64,000 bases of DNA from Octopus sinensis. Lineage: Eukaryota. Location of the stretch: contig NC_043005.1 of assembly GCF_006345805.1 (NCBI RefSeq), positions 28,148,001 to 28,212,000 on the forward strand, read 5' to 3'. Shown here in pieces: positions 24,138-38,020 of the stretch (position 1 is its first letter; each line of letters begins with the position of its first letter). The position numbers and the translations under genes are program-made. Below the pieces are notes generated by a model, which was given only the letters and a program-made list of their open reading frames with translations, was not told the origin of the DNA and ran no database searches.

Positions 24138-26628
24138 AGGTGTTTTGTATTATTCAGCTGTTTATAATAACCCTTTAGGTTTCGTGGGGTAAAGTTAGTT
24201 TGCTAGAGTTTATAACTACTGATTACTTTTCGGACCCTTAAGCTGCTTTTCACAGCCCCTTGTCTGTGCTTTTTTCGCAAATTCGTTATCTACGATCAGT
24301 GTCGTCTTAAGGCATTGGCACACAGGGCAGTTGCCCGGGAGCCCCACGGTTCTAGGGACTGAATTCTAATCCATATATGCTGTGGCTTGCTGTCAGTAAA
24401 TACCATACGACCTAGTACATCGATTTGCCTGGAAGGGCCTTCATGTTTCTTAGACGGCTTAAACCTTATAGATTCATAGAAATTTCGGTTTTTTGGTGCA
24501 TTAGTTTATTTCCGACTCTATTCTATAGGAATGCCAAAACTTTAAGTTAATTTCGTGTAAATAAATGTTTATGCTAACGAGGAGGTGTAATTGAAAGTAG
24601 TGTCTCAATGATAGTAAACAGCGAAAAGAGAGAGAGAGAGACAAGACAGAAGACTGGGAATTGAAACCCGACTGCAAACACCATTAATTTTGTCCTTGCT
24701 TAGCCCCTACGCGACAGTAACAATTTAAATATTTTATTAGAAACACGCTTAATAAGTGGACTTGTGAATTTGTGATGTTCGGGTTGTAACCTACAACTTA
24801 GATCCTGCTGCTACAAGTAGTAGCAACAAAGCAGACATGTGAGGGTGTGGTGTTCATGCTATAATCTACATCTTAGATCTTACTGCTTGCAAACGTGAAA
24901 TTACTGTATGGTCACTCATTCTGGTAAAACACCAGCCAAATCTCCCTTAGATCACACACATCTTTAAAAAGGAAGAACATTATTATTACATATAGGACGG
25001 GCAGCGAAGACGGATCTACATTTAAATAACAACAGCAACACTAAACTGTCTACTTTTGCTCAGCACGTGTATGTCTGTCAGGCTCCCAATATTCTTTTAC
25101 AGTCACATCAGACATTTCTTAGAACCCCCTTTTTTTGTTTCTCTTATATATATATGTGTGTGTGCATCATGTGTGTGGTTACTTCCAAAAGTTTAACGAA
25201 CATGCACGCCACTAAAAGCATTGAGCGATTTTTCTTTGAAATTGTTTTTGTACATAACTTGACATAAAAACAGACATTACGTGCGCGCACGCATAGACAC
25301 ACACACACACATGCATTACTAGAGTCTACAGTTCCGATTAGAGAGAGGAGTGTCAGCCACGGTATTTGGGGGAAACAATTACATGTTATATCGCTGAATA
25401 TATGTGTAAACATTCAATGATCTAATAAATTATGTCAGTAGATTCTGAATCCGATACAAGGCCAGCAGTTTTGAGTAGTCGACAAAATAAAATATCAATA
25501 CCTGACTGGTACTTTGTTTTATCAATCCTAGAAGGTATTAAAGACAAAGATGACCTCAGCGGGATCTGAACTCAGAATGTGAAATAGCCGGAACACGTAC
25601 TGCAAGTATTTTCCCCGACGGTTTAGCGATTCTATAGTACACATATCAATAAAATTAAACCTTCTGCATTCAGTGTTTTGCGATATTTGATGATATTCAA
25701 GGATATAAAATATTTACATCCATCACATGTTCTAAAAGTACACCAGTGTTTATGATGAATGAATGAATTTGTGTGTGGAGGTAAAGCGTAAGCATCCCCT
25801 CCGCCTATATAAATATATGCTTATAGGTGTATGTACATACGCTCGTTTACATGTATACATATGAATGTGTGTATGTCTACATTTACACACACACACACAC
25901 ATATAATATATACTTATATATATCTATATATATATATATATATATTATATATATCTATATATATATATATATATATATAAAGATATATCTATATCTATAT
26001 ATATATATATATATATATATACAAATTGAGATAGGGGTTGTAAATGCAACCCTCCATGGGATAACATATATCCAATATACTGCTAGTGAAGTACCCAACA
26101 AGGTTAATACATAAATGTTAAGGATTGCGATGCAATCAATTCATTTGCTGTATTATATGGGCAAAGGTAAAATGTTTTACCACAAATTCATAATACAAAA
26201 TAAGAAAATGGAGAAATACATCTAAATCAAATATCAATTACCAGATAATACTCAATCACATACTTTATTAAACCACCACATAAGAAACTATAGGGTTAAA
26301 CATAAAAAAGTAGAACAAAACAGTGTACATAAAGGAGTGTACATAAAAGAGTAATGTTATACAATAAGTAGAATATATATATATGAGAATATAAATATAA
26401 GTAAATATAAATATAAATATAGATTTATGTTTTTCATTGTTTGATTTGCCTAATAGTGGTTTTATCTCTAATTTAATATAATATAATATATTTATACTAT
26501 AAAATTGGATTTAATCCTAAATCTGATTTCCCCCTGTAAGTTTGGATTTATTCCCTAATATTTTATTATATATATATATATATGCGTGCTTATATAAGTG
26601 CATGTATGTATATATATATATATATATA

Positions 26629-26994
26629 TACTAGCAGTATCGCCCGGCGTTGCTGAGGTTTGTAAGGGAAATAACTATAAAGCATTTTTAGAGAGTTATA
26701 GCCAAAAAATGGAAAAAAATGATGGTAAATTTTTTTTGAGAGTAAAAAAAGGTGGAGTTGCGTCCCCTAGACAGTTTGCGGTTTGTGTTTCTGATTCTCG
26801 ACCCCATGTCGAATTTATCGATTTTTTTCAGAACTGGGGGAACTTTTCAAAATTTTCGCTGCGTTAGTTTTGAATTATGACATTGGGCTATGTGTGTGTC
26901 AAGTTTCATCAGAATCGGTTGAAAGCCGTGGTCAGGGTGAGGGTACAAGCAAACAGACACACAGAAACACGCACAGACAAACTGCCGTTTATAT

Positions 26995-26995
<1 letters not shown>
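26629..26995 (+). mobile_element. Helentron/DINE-1-like non-autonomous element
   Basis: Same terminus as 1706-2206; inserted in (TA)n; ACAGAC-type microsatellite near 3' end. Confidence 0.55.
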
Positions 26996-27031
<36 letters not shown>

Positions 27032-27051
27032 TATGTATGGTTACATATATG

Positions 27052-27235
27052 TAAGGCGGCGAGCTGGCAGAATTGTTAGCACGCTGGACGAAATGCTTAA
27101 CGAGTTCAAATTGCGCTGAAGTCGGTTTTACCTCTTATCCTTTTGGGGTCGATAAATTGAGTACCAGTTGAGTACTAGAATCGATGTAATCGACGATATC
27201 TCCCTCCCCCAAAATTTCAGGCCTTGTGCCTATTA
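27052..27235 (+). mobile_element. SINE family B, tail 1
   Basis: AAGGCGGCGAGCTGGCAGAA head. Confidence 0.8.
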
Positions 27236-27431
27236 TAGATAGGTTATGTGCGTGTGTATATATCTCTTCCATTCTATGTTTGTGTGTGTGTGTGTATTCT
27301 GTGTCCCTTTATGGTTGTTCCTTTCACAAAAGGTGATTCATAAAATGTATATTAGCGTGAGATAAGTATTGGGCTTCAAAAATGTCAATTGAACATATTG
27401 ACTCTGGTACTTATTTCTATCCACACACAGA

Positions 27432-27708
27432 GGCAGGTGCAGGCGTGGCTGTGTGGTAAGAAGCTTGTTTCCCAACCACGTGGTTCTGAGTTCAGTCCCA
27501 CTGCATGGCACCTTGGGCAAGTGTCTTCTGCTATAGTCTCTGGTCAACTAAAGCTTTGTCAGTGGATTTTGGTAGGCGGAAACTGAAGGAAGCTCTTCGT
27601 ATATGTGTGTGTGTGTGTGTCTTTGTCCTTCACCACCGCTTGACAGCCTGTGTTGGATTATTTATGTCCCTGTAACTTAGCTGTTTGGCAAAAACGACCG
27701 ATAGAATA
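27432..27708 (+). mobile_element. SINE family A
   Basis: Head, CORE-like box, partial tail. Confidence 0.8.
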
Positions 27709-28119
27709 ATGGAGGGCAGAACAGCGTTCCATATTCAAACTTGGCAACATATTGACTGGTTTAAATGAATGTTTTTCCATCTACTCCTACACCACCTCAT
27801 AGTTCATTAAGCCCTTATTTATCCTTCACGTCCTTCTTGTCCTCGTCTTTTCTCTTCATCTCACTCTCAACTTTGCCTACTTCTCCTCATTCCATTACAT
27901 TCTGGTTCTACCTTCTCACTGTTTCTCCCACCATTTCTTGTTCATGTATAAAACCCACATGGCCCTGTGGTCCTTATCAGTAGCAGCCAGTTTTTTTTCT
28001 CCCTAACTTAGAGATATCTTTCATTAATTTCTGTCTTTTCAAATTTTCCCTGAAGAAGGACACTGCCCCAAAACTTCTTGAACTTTTCACTTTTTACACC
28101 AAATGCATTAATCAATAAC

Positions 28120-28860
28120 ATCATCATCATCGTTTAACATCCGTTTTCCATGTTGGCATGAGTTGGACAGTTCAACTGGGGTCTGGGAAGCTAGGAGGCT
28201 GCACTAGGCTCCAGTCTGAGCTGGCAGTGTTTCTACAGCTTGATGCCCTTCCTAACGCCAATCACTCTGAGAGTGTAGTGGGTGCTTTTTTACATACCTA
28301 TTTCTTTACTACCCACAAGGGGCTAAACACAGAGAGGACAAACAAGGACAGACAAACGGATTAAGTCGATTATATCGACCCCAGTGCGTAACTGGTACTT
28401 AATTTATCGATCCTGAAAGGATGAAAGGCAAAGTCGACCTCAGCGGAATTTGAACTCAGAACGTAACGACAGACGAAATACTGCTAATCATTTCGCCTGG
28501 CGTGCTAACGTTTCTGCCAGCTTGCCGCCCTGTTTTTTACATAGCACCGGCACAGGCCAGAGGGGGCGGGTATCAGCCACGATCAGATGGTACTTTTTAC
28601 ATGCCACCAGCACGGAAGCCAATCAAGGTGGTGCTGGCATCGGCCACGTTCAGATGGTGCTTTTAACATACCAACGGCACAGGGTTCACAACTACAATTT
28701 CCATTTGATGTTGAAGTACTTGACTCAATAGGTCTCCTCAAGCACGGCATATCGCCCTACGATCCAAGGTACTTTTGAGTGAGCTGGTCATGCGACACTG
28801 GTGTAGGTTATAGCTGTGAACTCACTTTATTTGCCGGGTCTTCTCAATCACAGCATGGAG
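28120..28860 (-). mobile_element. RTE 3' UTR copy interrupted by a SINE B
   Basis: Same UTR as 19945-20400. Confidence 0.8.
28297..28532 (-). mobile_element. SINE family B, tail 2, nested, 11-bp TSD
   Basis: TTTTTTACATA at 28286-28296 and 28533-28543. Confidence 0.85.
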
Positions 28861-29431
28861 TCAACAAGAAGGAGTACGGTTGAACATTTATTTTCAATTG
28901 CTACACTTGTTTCTACACAATATAGTTCTCCAAGAACATGGTGAAATCTGAAAGTGGACAAGCTTTATACTGTACTCTTCTACATTTTTAACAGAATATG
29001 CTATAACTCTGTATCTTGTGTGTGTGTGTATGTACATGTATGTGTGTGTATATATATATATGTAAAAGTATGTGTGTTTATATACACACATACATGCACA
29101 TTCATATATACATATACATACATACATAACCTTTAAAATAATTTCAAAGTGTGTTTTGCAGTTTTACAGAAACAAGTAGATTGTGGGAATAAGAACTTTA
29201 GTGTACTCTTCAACATTCAACATTTTCTCTAAACTAACTCCAGTTAATTCTTTTTTGCATTTGGAACTTTGAAAATGGTTTTGATTGTTGTTACTAATAC
29301 AGAGAATTTTTTTTTGTTTTTTGGCTTTCAGTCATTCATGAAATGGAAAATTCATGAATGATGACAACACATATACACACTAACAAACAGACAAATATAT
29401 TAAAAGAAATAACATTTTATGGTGAACTGTC

Positions 29432-29466
<35 letters not shown>

Positions 29467-29904
29467 TGCATGTAGATAGAGAGAACGAGTGTAGAGTAGA
29501 GAGATATAGGTTTTGTTTTTCTCTTCCAGAAAATTTAAAATGAATAATTATATTTTTGTTTATATTCATATTAATTTATAGTCTTTTTTTATAAGAAAAG
29601 TTAGGCCAGGCCCTCTTTCATATCCTGCTGATGGCAGTGTAGGTATCTGCCTGTCTCATGGACTCTCATGTTGTTAAACGATGTATGAGGGTTTGGCAAT
29701 TTCTTGCCGAACAACCACACAGATGATTCGTTTATAGGTCCCTGTGAAAGTGAAGGTATTTACATTAACAGAAAGAGGTGTTTAGTACCAAGTCAAATGT
29801 TTTTCCTTTGTTAAAAATATGTGAAAATGTTTTTAATGGGAACGCAGTGTAAGTGATTTTAGAGTCTATCAACTTTATTCTCACTATGTTGTGTAAAAGA
29901 AAAT

Positions 29905-30120
29905 TTTTTTTTCTACTCGAGGCACAAAACCTGAAATTTTTGGGGAGGGGGCCAGTTGACTAGATCGACCTCAGTATGCAACTGGTGCTTAATTTATCGA
30001 CCCCAAAAGGATGAAAGGCAAAGTCGACCTCGGCGGAATTTGAACTCAGAACATAAAGACAGATGAAATACCGCTAAGCATTTCACCTGGCGTGCTAATG
30101 TTTCTGCCAGCTCATCACCT
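29905..30120 (-). mobile_element. SINE family B, tail 1
   Basis: Reverse copy, CpGs largely intact. Confidence 0.85.
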
Positions 30121-30172
30121 TGCAAAAGAAAATTTTTGTTGGAAAAATATACTTCCTGTAATAATTTCTCAC

Positions 30173-30246
30173 CAGAAACTATTTTGGTGTTCCTCATAAG
30201 GTATCTGTTAGCATAATGCAGGTCTTCTCTGAGCTTTATATCTTCA
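30173..30246 (-). CDS. Candidate 74-nt exon (EDIKLREDLHYANRYLMRNTKIVS)
   Basis: Acceptor ..TTTGTTTGGACCATAG|, donor CTG|GTGAGA; one open frame with typical soluble-protein composition. Confidence 0.3.
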
Positions 30247-31779
30247 CTATGGTCCAAACAAAGTCAAGTAAGATAACGAAAAATAATTATGTCTTGAGTA
30301 TTTGCTTTTCATCATTGGTCCCTTCTATGAACATCTGATATATCTGAGTAGTTAATAATAGTGCTGTGCTAACATTAATTAGGAATTTAATTAAATATTC
30401 AGTGGACCCAACTTTGATAATGACAGCATCACACTGAATCTTTTACAGTTTTTAACCAACACACCTCTTGTCCAATATTTTAGTTTTGTTCTTCGAATGT
30501 TTTAAAATTACATTTTTTGATATCATCTCTGCTAATGCTCACAGTCTCCATTCCAGAGGACACAATCAGTCATAACATTTCCCTTTGAAAACTAATGCCT
30601 TTTGAGTGAATTTGCTAGGTGGAAACAGTGTGGAAGCCTGTTGTGTGAGTGTGTGTGTGTTTGTCCCTCCCACACTTCTTGACAACTAGTGTTGGTTTGT
30701 TTACAGCCCCATAACTTAGTAGATCAGCAAGTGACTGAAACAAGTAAAAGATGAGAGATTAATTAAACATTAAAGATAAACAATCCTGTAAGGGAAAATT
30801 TGGTTTAGGGCTTCAGGGTTAGAGTTTAAAGTAGGATTTTGGGTTAAGGTGAAGAGTTTAGAGTTACATAGACAAGGATACCCAATATAAAGGTCTGGGA
30901 AGGGCATTGAAATTGAACTTTATAAAGGCAAATCTATTGCTTTATTATGTAGCATTTGTCTCTTTCAAAATACTCTTCTCCCTGGTTGATACATCCAACA
31001 TTTTCTTTCCAGATTTGGAATGCATTTTCAAAGGCAGTGCATAGATGTTGTTGCTAATTTTCTTTGACCTCTTCTTTTGTCTGAAATCATTGGTCTTTCA
31101 GGGTGGATTTCTAACATGGGCACAACAAAAGTCTTCAGAGACCAAATTTGGAGATAAGGAGGGCAACTGAGAGCAAGAGACATCTTATGCACTGCCAAAC
31201 TTATGGCTCAGGAGTGATTCATGAGTACAGTGTCATAGTGCAGCAGCCATGCTTTAGGCCTCTTTCCTATGCGCTTATTTTCTCAAATGCCCAAGGACAT
31301 CCAAGTAAAACTCTTTATTCATTCTGATTATATGGAACAAACATATGATGAATGACACCGATTTAAAACAAACAAAAAAATACAAAAAGCAAACAAACAA
31401 AAAAACAAAGACACCTATCACATCCCTTTCATCTGAGTGACTCTGTACTTTTTTCCTTCTTTTTTATGTGACTGCAACAATGATCCAACATCCTGTGGTG
31501 ACAACATTTTTGTTGCAACATTGTGAACATCATAAAACCTGTACACCCATGTTTCCTCCTTTGTCATGTTTTACATTAAGTTTTAATCAGCATTTAACCA
31601 GTCAAACTGCTTCTGACTGACTGTGATTTGGTAGAGTGGAAGATTAAGAGAGAATGTAGTATTAACTTATTCTCTCCTTTTATGTTCTGGGTCGTGACTT
31701 TTCCTTTCATCTTCTTGGCAGTTGATAGAATAAAACCCAATCAATTGCTGGGCTGAGCTTGAATTCCATCACCATCCTT

Positions 31780-31993
31780 TTAACCCTTTCGTTACTGTAT
31801 TTATTTTGAGATGCTCTGTGTGACTTTCAATTAATTTTAAATATAACAAAAAATTTAGTAAAATAACTTAGTTGTCATCCAGCCAGTTTTAGGAACGTAA
31901 ATTGTGACTAAGGTTTCGTGGAAGATTTTAATTCAAAACTTATGAAAACAAGACATGTACTGGTTTCAGCTGGGTTGGTAATGAAAGGGTTAA
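31780..31993. mobile_element. piggyBac-type MITE, complete
   Basis: TTAA-CCCTTTC...GAAAGGG-TTAA termini. Confidence 0.75.
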
Positions 31994-32939
31994 GTTTAGT
32001 TAGAAATCATTATTCGCCTGTTTCTCAATTTCTCTCCCTCTCATATATACTACACACCATAGAAGTAACAAAAGCAAAGTGAGATTATTTGGGTTAAAGT
32101 CAAGATACAGGTATCTAATTGTCAAATTTGGTACCTGTTGGACTATGTGAACTGACATAAATACTTAAACACACACACACACACACACTCCTGCACACAG
32201 TGTGACAGCTTGATATACAAAGCATATGTGCACCTACACACATACACACACATATAATATACATTACATGGACAATTGCTCATTATTCTACAGTGTCCAC
32301 TGAAAACAAGATCTGGTAGTTATTACCAGTTAACTGGGTGAACTGTCACACACACACACACATGCATACACATTCACTTGCTGTCTCTTTCTCACACATA
32401 CACAAATACGCACCATTCCCATCACCATTTCCAAAACAGTCTATTGATGTCTCCTGAACAGAAAGTCTCCAGGCCAGCAATCTTCTGTTCAATTATCTCT
32501 GACGTGATGGCACTAGACATATGGAAATGTTAGGTCATGCTGTCAACCAGAATATTTTTTTTACAGTACACACACACACACACCACACACACACACACAT
32601 ATGTATGTATGTGCATACATTTGTATGTGTTTGTGAATGCTTTTCTGTCCTAGATAAGCTGTCATAGCAATAAAATAGGGCAGAAGGGTAAAGTGCCAGA
32701 ATATAGTATTCCATTACAACATTTGGTATTAGTTCTGTAAACCAGAAATCAAATTCTACCATTAATTCCCCCAACGTTGATGAAAGAAATAGTTGGAATT
32801 TACTGAAGTTGGTTTGCCCCCTCCCCCCCGTCAAGTACACCCCCATCCTTTAGAGATTTATAGTCTTCAATGGACCAAAGTGTGAGGCCACCACTGCCAT
32901 CACCACCACTACCATCAACATCACCATCATTACTATAAG

Positions 32940-33140
32940 GGCTGCTAGAATTAGCATGTTGGATGAAATGCTTAGTGGCATATCTTCTGACTCCTTACAT
33001 TCTGAGTTCAAATGCTATTGAGGTCAGCTTTACCTTTCATCCTTTCGGAGTTAATAAAATAAAGTGCCAATCAAATCCTGGGGGTTGATGAAATCAAATA
33101 CCCCTCCCCCCTGAAATTGCTGACCTTGAGCCATAATCTC
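32940..33140 (+). mobile_element. SINE family B, degenerate
   Basis: Body recognisable. Confidence 0.7.
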
Positions 33141-33564
33141 AAACAATTCTTACTATGAGGATGCAGAGTGGCAAAATCAAAGTATCAGACAAAATTCTTT
33201 GCAATTGATTATGTTCCAATATATTCTAAGTTAGTTTGCCCTCAGTGTCTGTTTTTCCATTTATTTTTCTGGGAGTATGTACCAGTAATGTATGAAGACA
33301 AACTGTCTTGCAGTGGTGAAATTGCAGAAACAGGAAAATACTAGATAACTTATAGTGTGTTCTGATTCCACTCTAGATTGATTTTGACTTTCATTTTTTT
33401 GGGAGTTGATGAAATTGATAGCAATTAGGCATGGCTGTGGAGTTAAGAAACTCACTTCCCAACCACATAGTTTCAGGTTCAGTCCCACTGGGCTTCTATT
33501 GTAGCTCCAAGCTAACCAAAGCCTTATTTGGTCGATGGAAACTGAAAGAAGCCTATCTCATTTG

Positions 33565-33850
33565 CAACCCATAGAAAATGAACTTCCACCATCTATTCTG
33601 CCTATATGTCTGTGCACTCCTTTCACTGCCATGTATGTCATACAGTCTGCAAATCTAACGGAAGCCCCAAAAGATATTTTAAGATCCACAATGATCAGAA
33701 CTTAATTGGTGGTCTAAATTGGATATGCAATCTATGTGGGTGTATTTTCAAGACATTGTCTGGTTTAAAAAGTCACATCAGATGCCATGATGGTTCTAAG
33801 GTGTAGGTACAGGAGGTGGTCAAACTCTGTATAAAGAGTAGCCAACCCCC
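33565..33850 (+). mobile_element. LINE (RTE-like) 3' end encoding C-terminal C2H2-type zinc fingers
   Basis: CHVCHTVCKS.. and CNLCGCIFKTLSGLKSHIRCH then a short UTR and (AT)n; lacks TGEKP linkers. Confidence 0.55.
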
Positions 33851-35335
33851 ATATATATATATATGAAAACAGGAAGTTGGAAAATTTATTTATTTACCAT
33901 TACACATGTTTCATTTGCTAATAGGAATTACCAAGTTGCCCTTGATAGATAAACATGTAAAAAATTTCCCATTAGAAATGTCTGATTAGAAATTCTTCAG
34001 ACAGAGAGTCAAATAATATCTGTCTGAGGAATTCCTAATAGGAAATTTCAGAGTGGCTGTGTGGTAAGTAGCTTGCTTACGAACCACATGGTTCTGGGTT
34101 CAGTTCCACTGCGTGGCACTTTGGGCAAGTGGCTACTACTATAGCCTTGGGCCGACCAAAGCCTTGTAAGTGGATTTCGTAGACGGAAACTGAAAGAGGC
34201 CCATCGTATATATGTACATATATATATATATGGATGAGAGCTTTTCTGATTTTGAGCTCACTAGTTAGTGACATGGGAGGATAGATCTCTAGGAGATTTG
34301 GTTTTTATTAAATCTGTTGTGGTGAAGAATATTATTGCTAATGGATGCCTCTGTCATCTTTGAGATGTTTTAATTTTACTGCAATTGGTATGCTGTTGTT
34401 TTCTTAACACCTGTGCATAAATATATTACTACATACACACACACACACACGTATGCATACTCATACATTTCACTCTTCTATCCTTTAAGATCACAAATGC
34501 ATGTGAATGTTAAAGATAGAGAGATAGTAAATGGTATGAGAGTGAAAGGTTGAGAGATTCATTGAAAGATAGATAAATGGATGTGAGAGAGTGAAAGATA
34601 GCATGTTAGACAGTGAGAGCAGGTGTTGAGAAATTAAGCAGATTTTAAAATAAACAATCCAACAGTTTAAATCTAAAAGAAAATACCATAAATATTTACT
34701 GTGTTGTTTTCTGATACCCATATTCCTGGAGGGCTATGTGTCACATAGTACATAGGGTCAATAGCTAAATGCTATTTAACAAAGCAGAGTAGCCTATAAT
34801 TAAACTCTGGTTTCCTCCCTGTAAAACATAAACAAACAAAAAGGTTGATAATCTGCAGAAAATATTTTCTCTGATTTCATTGGTCATATTTTATACAATG
34901 GATTTTGTACATGTTTTTTTTCTTAATATATAAAGATTTAGAAGGATATTAATTTCTTTTTTTTTTTACCTAGGTACCAGAGTCCTTGGTTTTGTTTTTT
35001 TAATTTCAAAATGAAGGAGAAATGTAAAACTGAAAATCATGACTTTCCTATTGATATCAGTGAAATTCATTTATTTTGGTTCACTACTGATATCAGGCTG
35101 CTGTCTTAATTTTCCAGGAGGAACTTTCCACAATAATTCAATAACAGTGACCACCTTTCAAAAAGTGCCTCCACCATACACACAAATAAATGCCCTTCCA
35201 ACACACACACGAATACCTCACTATAGTGTGTATATGGTGAGACATTAGTTGCTGTTGTTGTTTATTTTGTCTTCTCTAGTGGAATATATCTATAATCAGA
35301 AGTGTTCCAACTTTGATAATAATTTTAACCCTTAT

Positions 35336-35552
35336 AAGGTGGCGAGCTGACAGAAACATTAGCACACTGGGCGAAATGCTTAGCGGTATTTCGTCTGCTG
35401 TTACATTCTGAGTTCAAATTCCGCTGAGGTTAACTTTGCCTTTTATCCTTTCAGGGTCGATTAAATAAGTACCATCCATGCACTGGGGTTGATGTAATTG
35501 ACTTAATCCCTTTGTTTGTCCCCTCTATATTTAGCCCCTTGTGGACAAATGA
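35336..35552 (+). mobile_element. SINE family B, tail 2
   Basis: Full-length copy. Confidence 0.85.
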
Positions 35553-37234
35553 AGAAGTAAATGATTTTATCCCTTAGTATAGTGATCTTTATTAAAGAAG
35601 ATAGCATGTTATTTCAGAGAATCTGGCTGCTCTTTCTAGTTGGTCAAGTGACTATATTAGTGTGACTATGCAGTGAGGCATTAGTATATGTGTATGTGTG
35701 CACCAAGGCATTAGTGTGTGTGTGTGGTGAGTTAGTGCGTCTATGTAGTAAAGCATTAGTGTGTTATTTTATGTGTGTGTGTGGTGAGGCAATTAGTGTA
35801 TGAAGAAGTAGATATGTTTGCTCGAGAGCCATGTAATGAGAGTTGATGAGGCATGGTAAGTGAAAGAATAATCAGTATAAAATAATGGAAGATAGCAAGT
35901 AATCTGAGGGAAGACTTTGGTAAATGTAAGGAGACATGACATGAGTTACAATCTGTTCTGGGCATTTAACAATCCTGTACTATTATACTAACAATTACCA
36001 AATGTTTGAAGATGGAGAGCTGGTAGAATCATTATCATTTCAGACAAAAAGCTCAGCAGCATTTCCTCCAGCTCTTTACATTTTCAATTCAAATACTGCC
36101 GAGGTCAACTTTGCCTTTCATCCTTTTGGAATCAATAAATTAAAAGTACCAATCAATGTAATGTTGATGAAATCAACTTTCCCCCGCCTGAAAATTGATG
36201 GCCTTATGCCAAAATTAAAAAAAGAAATAATGTTTGAGATATGCTTGCAGAGACCTGTTGAGGCAAGTAAAATTGCTGTCGTGGCCGATGACAGTACTGC
36301 CTGTTTGGCACCCGTGCCAGTGACAACGTAAAAAAAGTACCATTCGAGTGTGGTCGTTGCCAGTGCTACTGGACTGGCTCCGTGCAGGTGGCATGTAAAA
36401 AACACCATTTGAGTTTTATTATTATTATTATTATTAAGGTCACTGCCTGGAATCAAACTTGGAATCTTGGGGTTAGTAGCCCATGCTCCTAACCACTACA
36501 CCATATGCCCATAGACAATTATGGAGTGAATTTTTAGGGCTTATAAATCTAATATTTTCCTATCCTTCCTTAATACTGGTTCCCATATGCTACTCATATC
36601 TGCACTTGGTCTGCTTAGGAGATTGTTGTGTCCTAGCATATGTGCTGCTTCTTGGTTTCAGGTTCAGTTTCACTTGGTCATTTAGACTAATGTCTTCAAT
36701 TATAGCTCCAGGCTACAAGTGCGGTGGTAGGCCTACCAATGTGAGTGGGTTTAGTTGATGGAAACTGAAAGAAGCCTGTCACGTGCACACGTGTGTGTGT
36801 GTCCTTTTCTTGACACTCATGATAGTTGTAAACAAGAATCCTCTTCACACAAACAGTGTCCTTCATTTCCAGTCTTCCAGGAAATTATGTCGGGACATGG
36901 GAAAAACATTACCTCGCTTGGAGACAGGTGAAGGTTGATGACAGGAACAGCATCCATCTGCAAAAAAACTCTCAACAAATTCCTTCTGTCCTAAACAAGT
37001 ATGGAAAAAAGGACAATAAAAAGAAGTCACAGTTTTATACATTGAATTTGTATTTGTGATATTTCACACTATATAGTATTCAAGTTTTATTTTTTCTGAT
37101 AATTTAAACCAGCCCACAAAAAAAAACAAAGAAAAAAATAAGTTTTAAAATCATATCCTGCAAACTTTGGGCAGAATTTTTACATTGGCTTGTAATTAAA
37201 CACTTCCTCTCAACTGAACATTATCTTTCGACAG

Positions 37235-37278
37235 CTTTTTCCTGTTGAGTTTAAGTGGTGGGTCTCACATTGGACAAT
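37235..37278 (+). CDS. Candidate 44-nt exon (LFPVEFKWWVSHWT)
   Basis: ATTATCTTTCGACAG| acceptor, AAT|GTAAGA donor. Confidence 0.2.
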
Positions 37279-37691
37279 GTAAGACCAGTTCAAGTAATTT
37301 GGTATGTCTATGTATCTTATAACACAATATACTGCTATTGAATGTTCTAATTTTTAAAACAGGATTTATATTTTTTTTTTATTAATCAATTTATTAATTA
37401 AAAAATGATAAACCCTTTTATTCTCTTAAAAAAATCAAACAAAAAAAATTAACGTTTAACCTTTTGCTTGTACCACATGTGATACATGATATAAACACCC
37501 AGTTTTTGCCACTGGCTGAGTAACTTGGGACTTATGAACGGAATTGCTTATTACTCAGAACATCTGAAACAAGGGTCAGTTAAAAATCTGAAAACATGAA
37601 TAGATGTTTAGGGTGTACTTATGAAAATGCTTTGGACAGTCAAAAGATTAAAAAGAACCAAAGTGAATTACTTTTAACTATATAATTATAT

Positions 37692-37790
37692 ATTTCTTTA
37701 CTACCCTCAAGGGGCTAAACACAGAGGGGACAAACAAGGACAGACAAACGGATTAAGTCGATTACATCGATCCCAGTGCGTAACTATAAT
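37692..37790 (-). mobile_element. 5'-truncated SINE B tail-2 fragment with 17-bp TSD
   Basis: TAACTATATAATTATAT at 37675-37691 and 37791-37807. Confidence 0.85.
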
Positions 37791-37807
37791 TAACTATATA
37801 ATTATAT

Positions 37808-38020
37808 TCTTTTGTACTGTAGGCACAAGGCCATAAATTTTTGGGGAGGGGGCCAGTCGATTAGATCGACCCCAGTATGCAACTAGTACTTAATTCATCG
37901 ACCCCAAAAGGATGAAAGGCAAGTCAACCATGGCGAAATTTGAACTCAGAACATAAAGACAGACGAAATACTGCTGACCATTTTGTCCAGTATGCTAACA
38001 TTTCTGCCAGCTCGCCTCCT
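37808..38020 (-). mobile_element. SINE family B, tail 1
   Basis: Reverse copy. Confidence 0.8.

Noticed and set aside
29620-29745. GPINESSVWLFGKKL resembling myosin regulatory light chain GPINFTMFLTMFGEKL
   Set aside because: Sequence is a SINE tail duplicated at 38.9 kb; spacing differs and no EF-hand context
33606-33806. C2H2 zinc-finger gene
   Set aside because: No TGEKP linkers or array; layout fits the C-terminus and short UTR of a LINE
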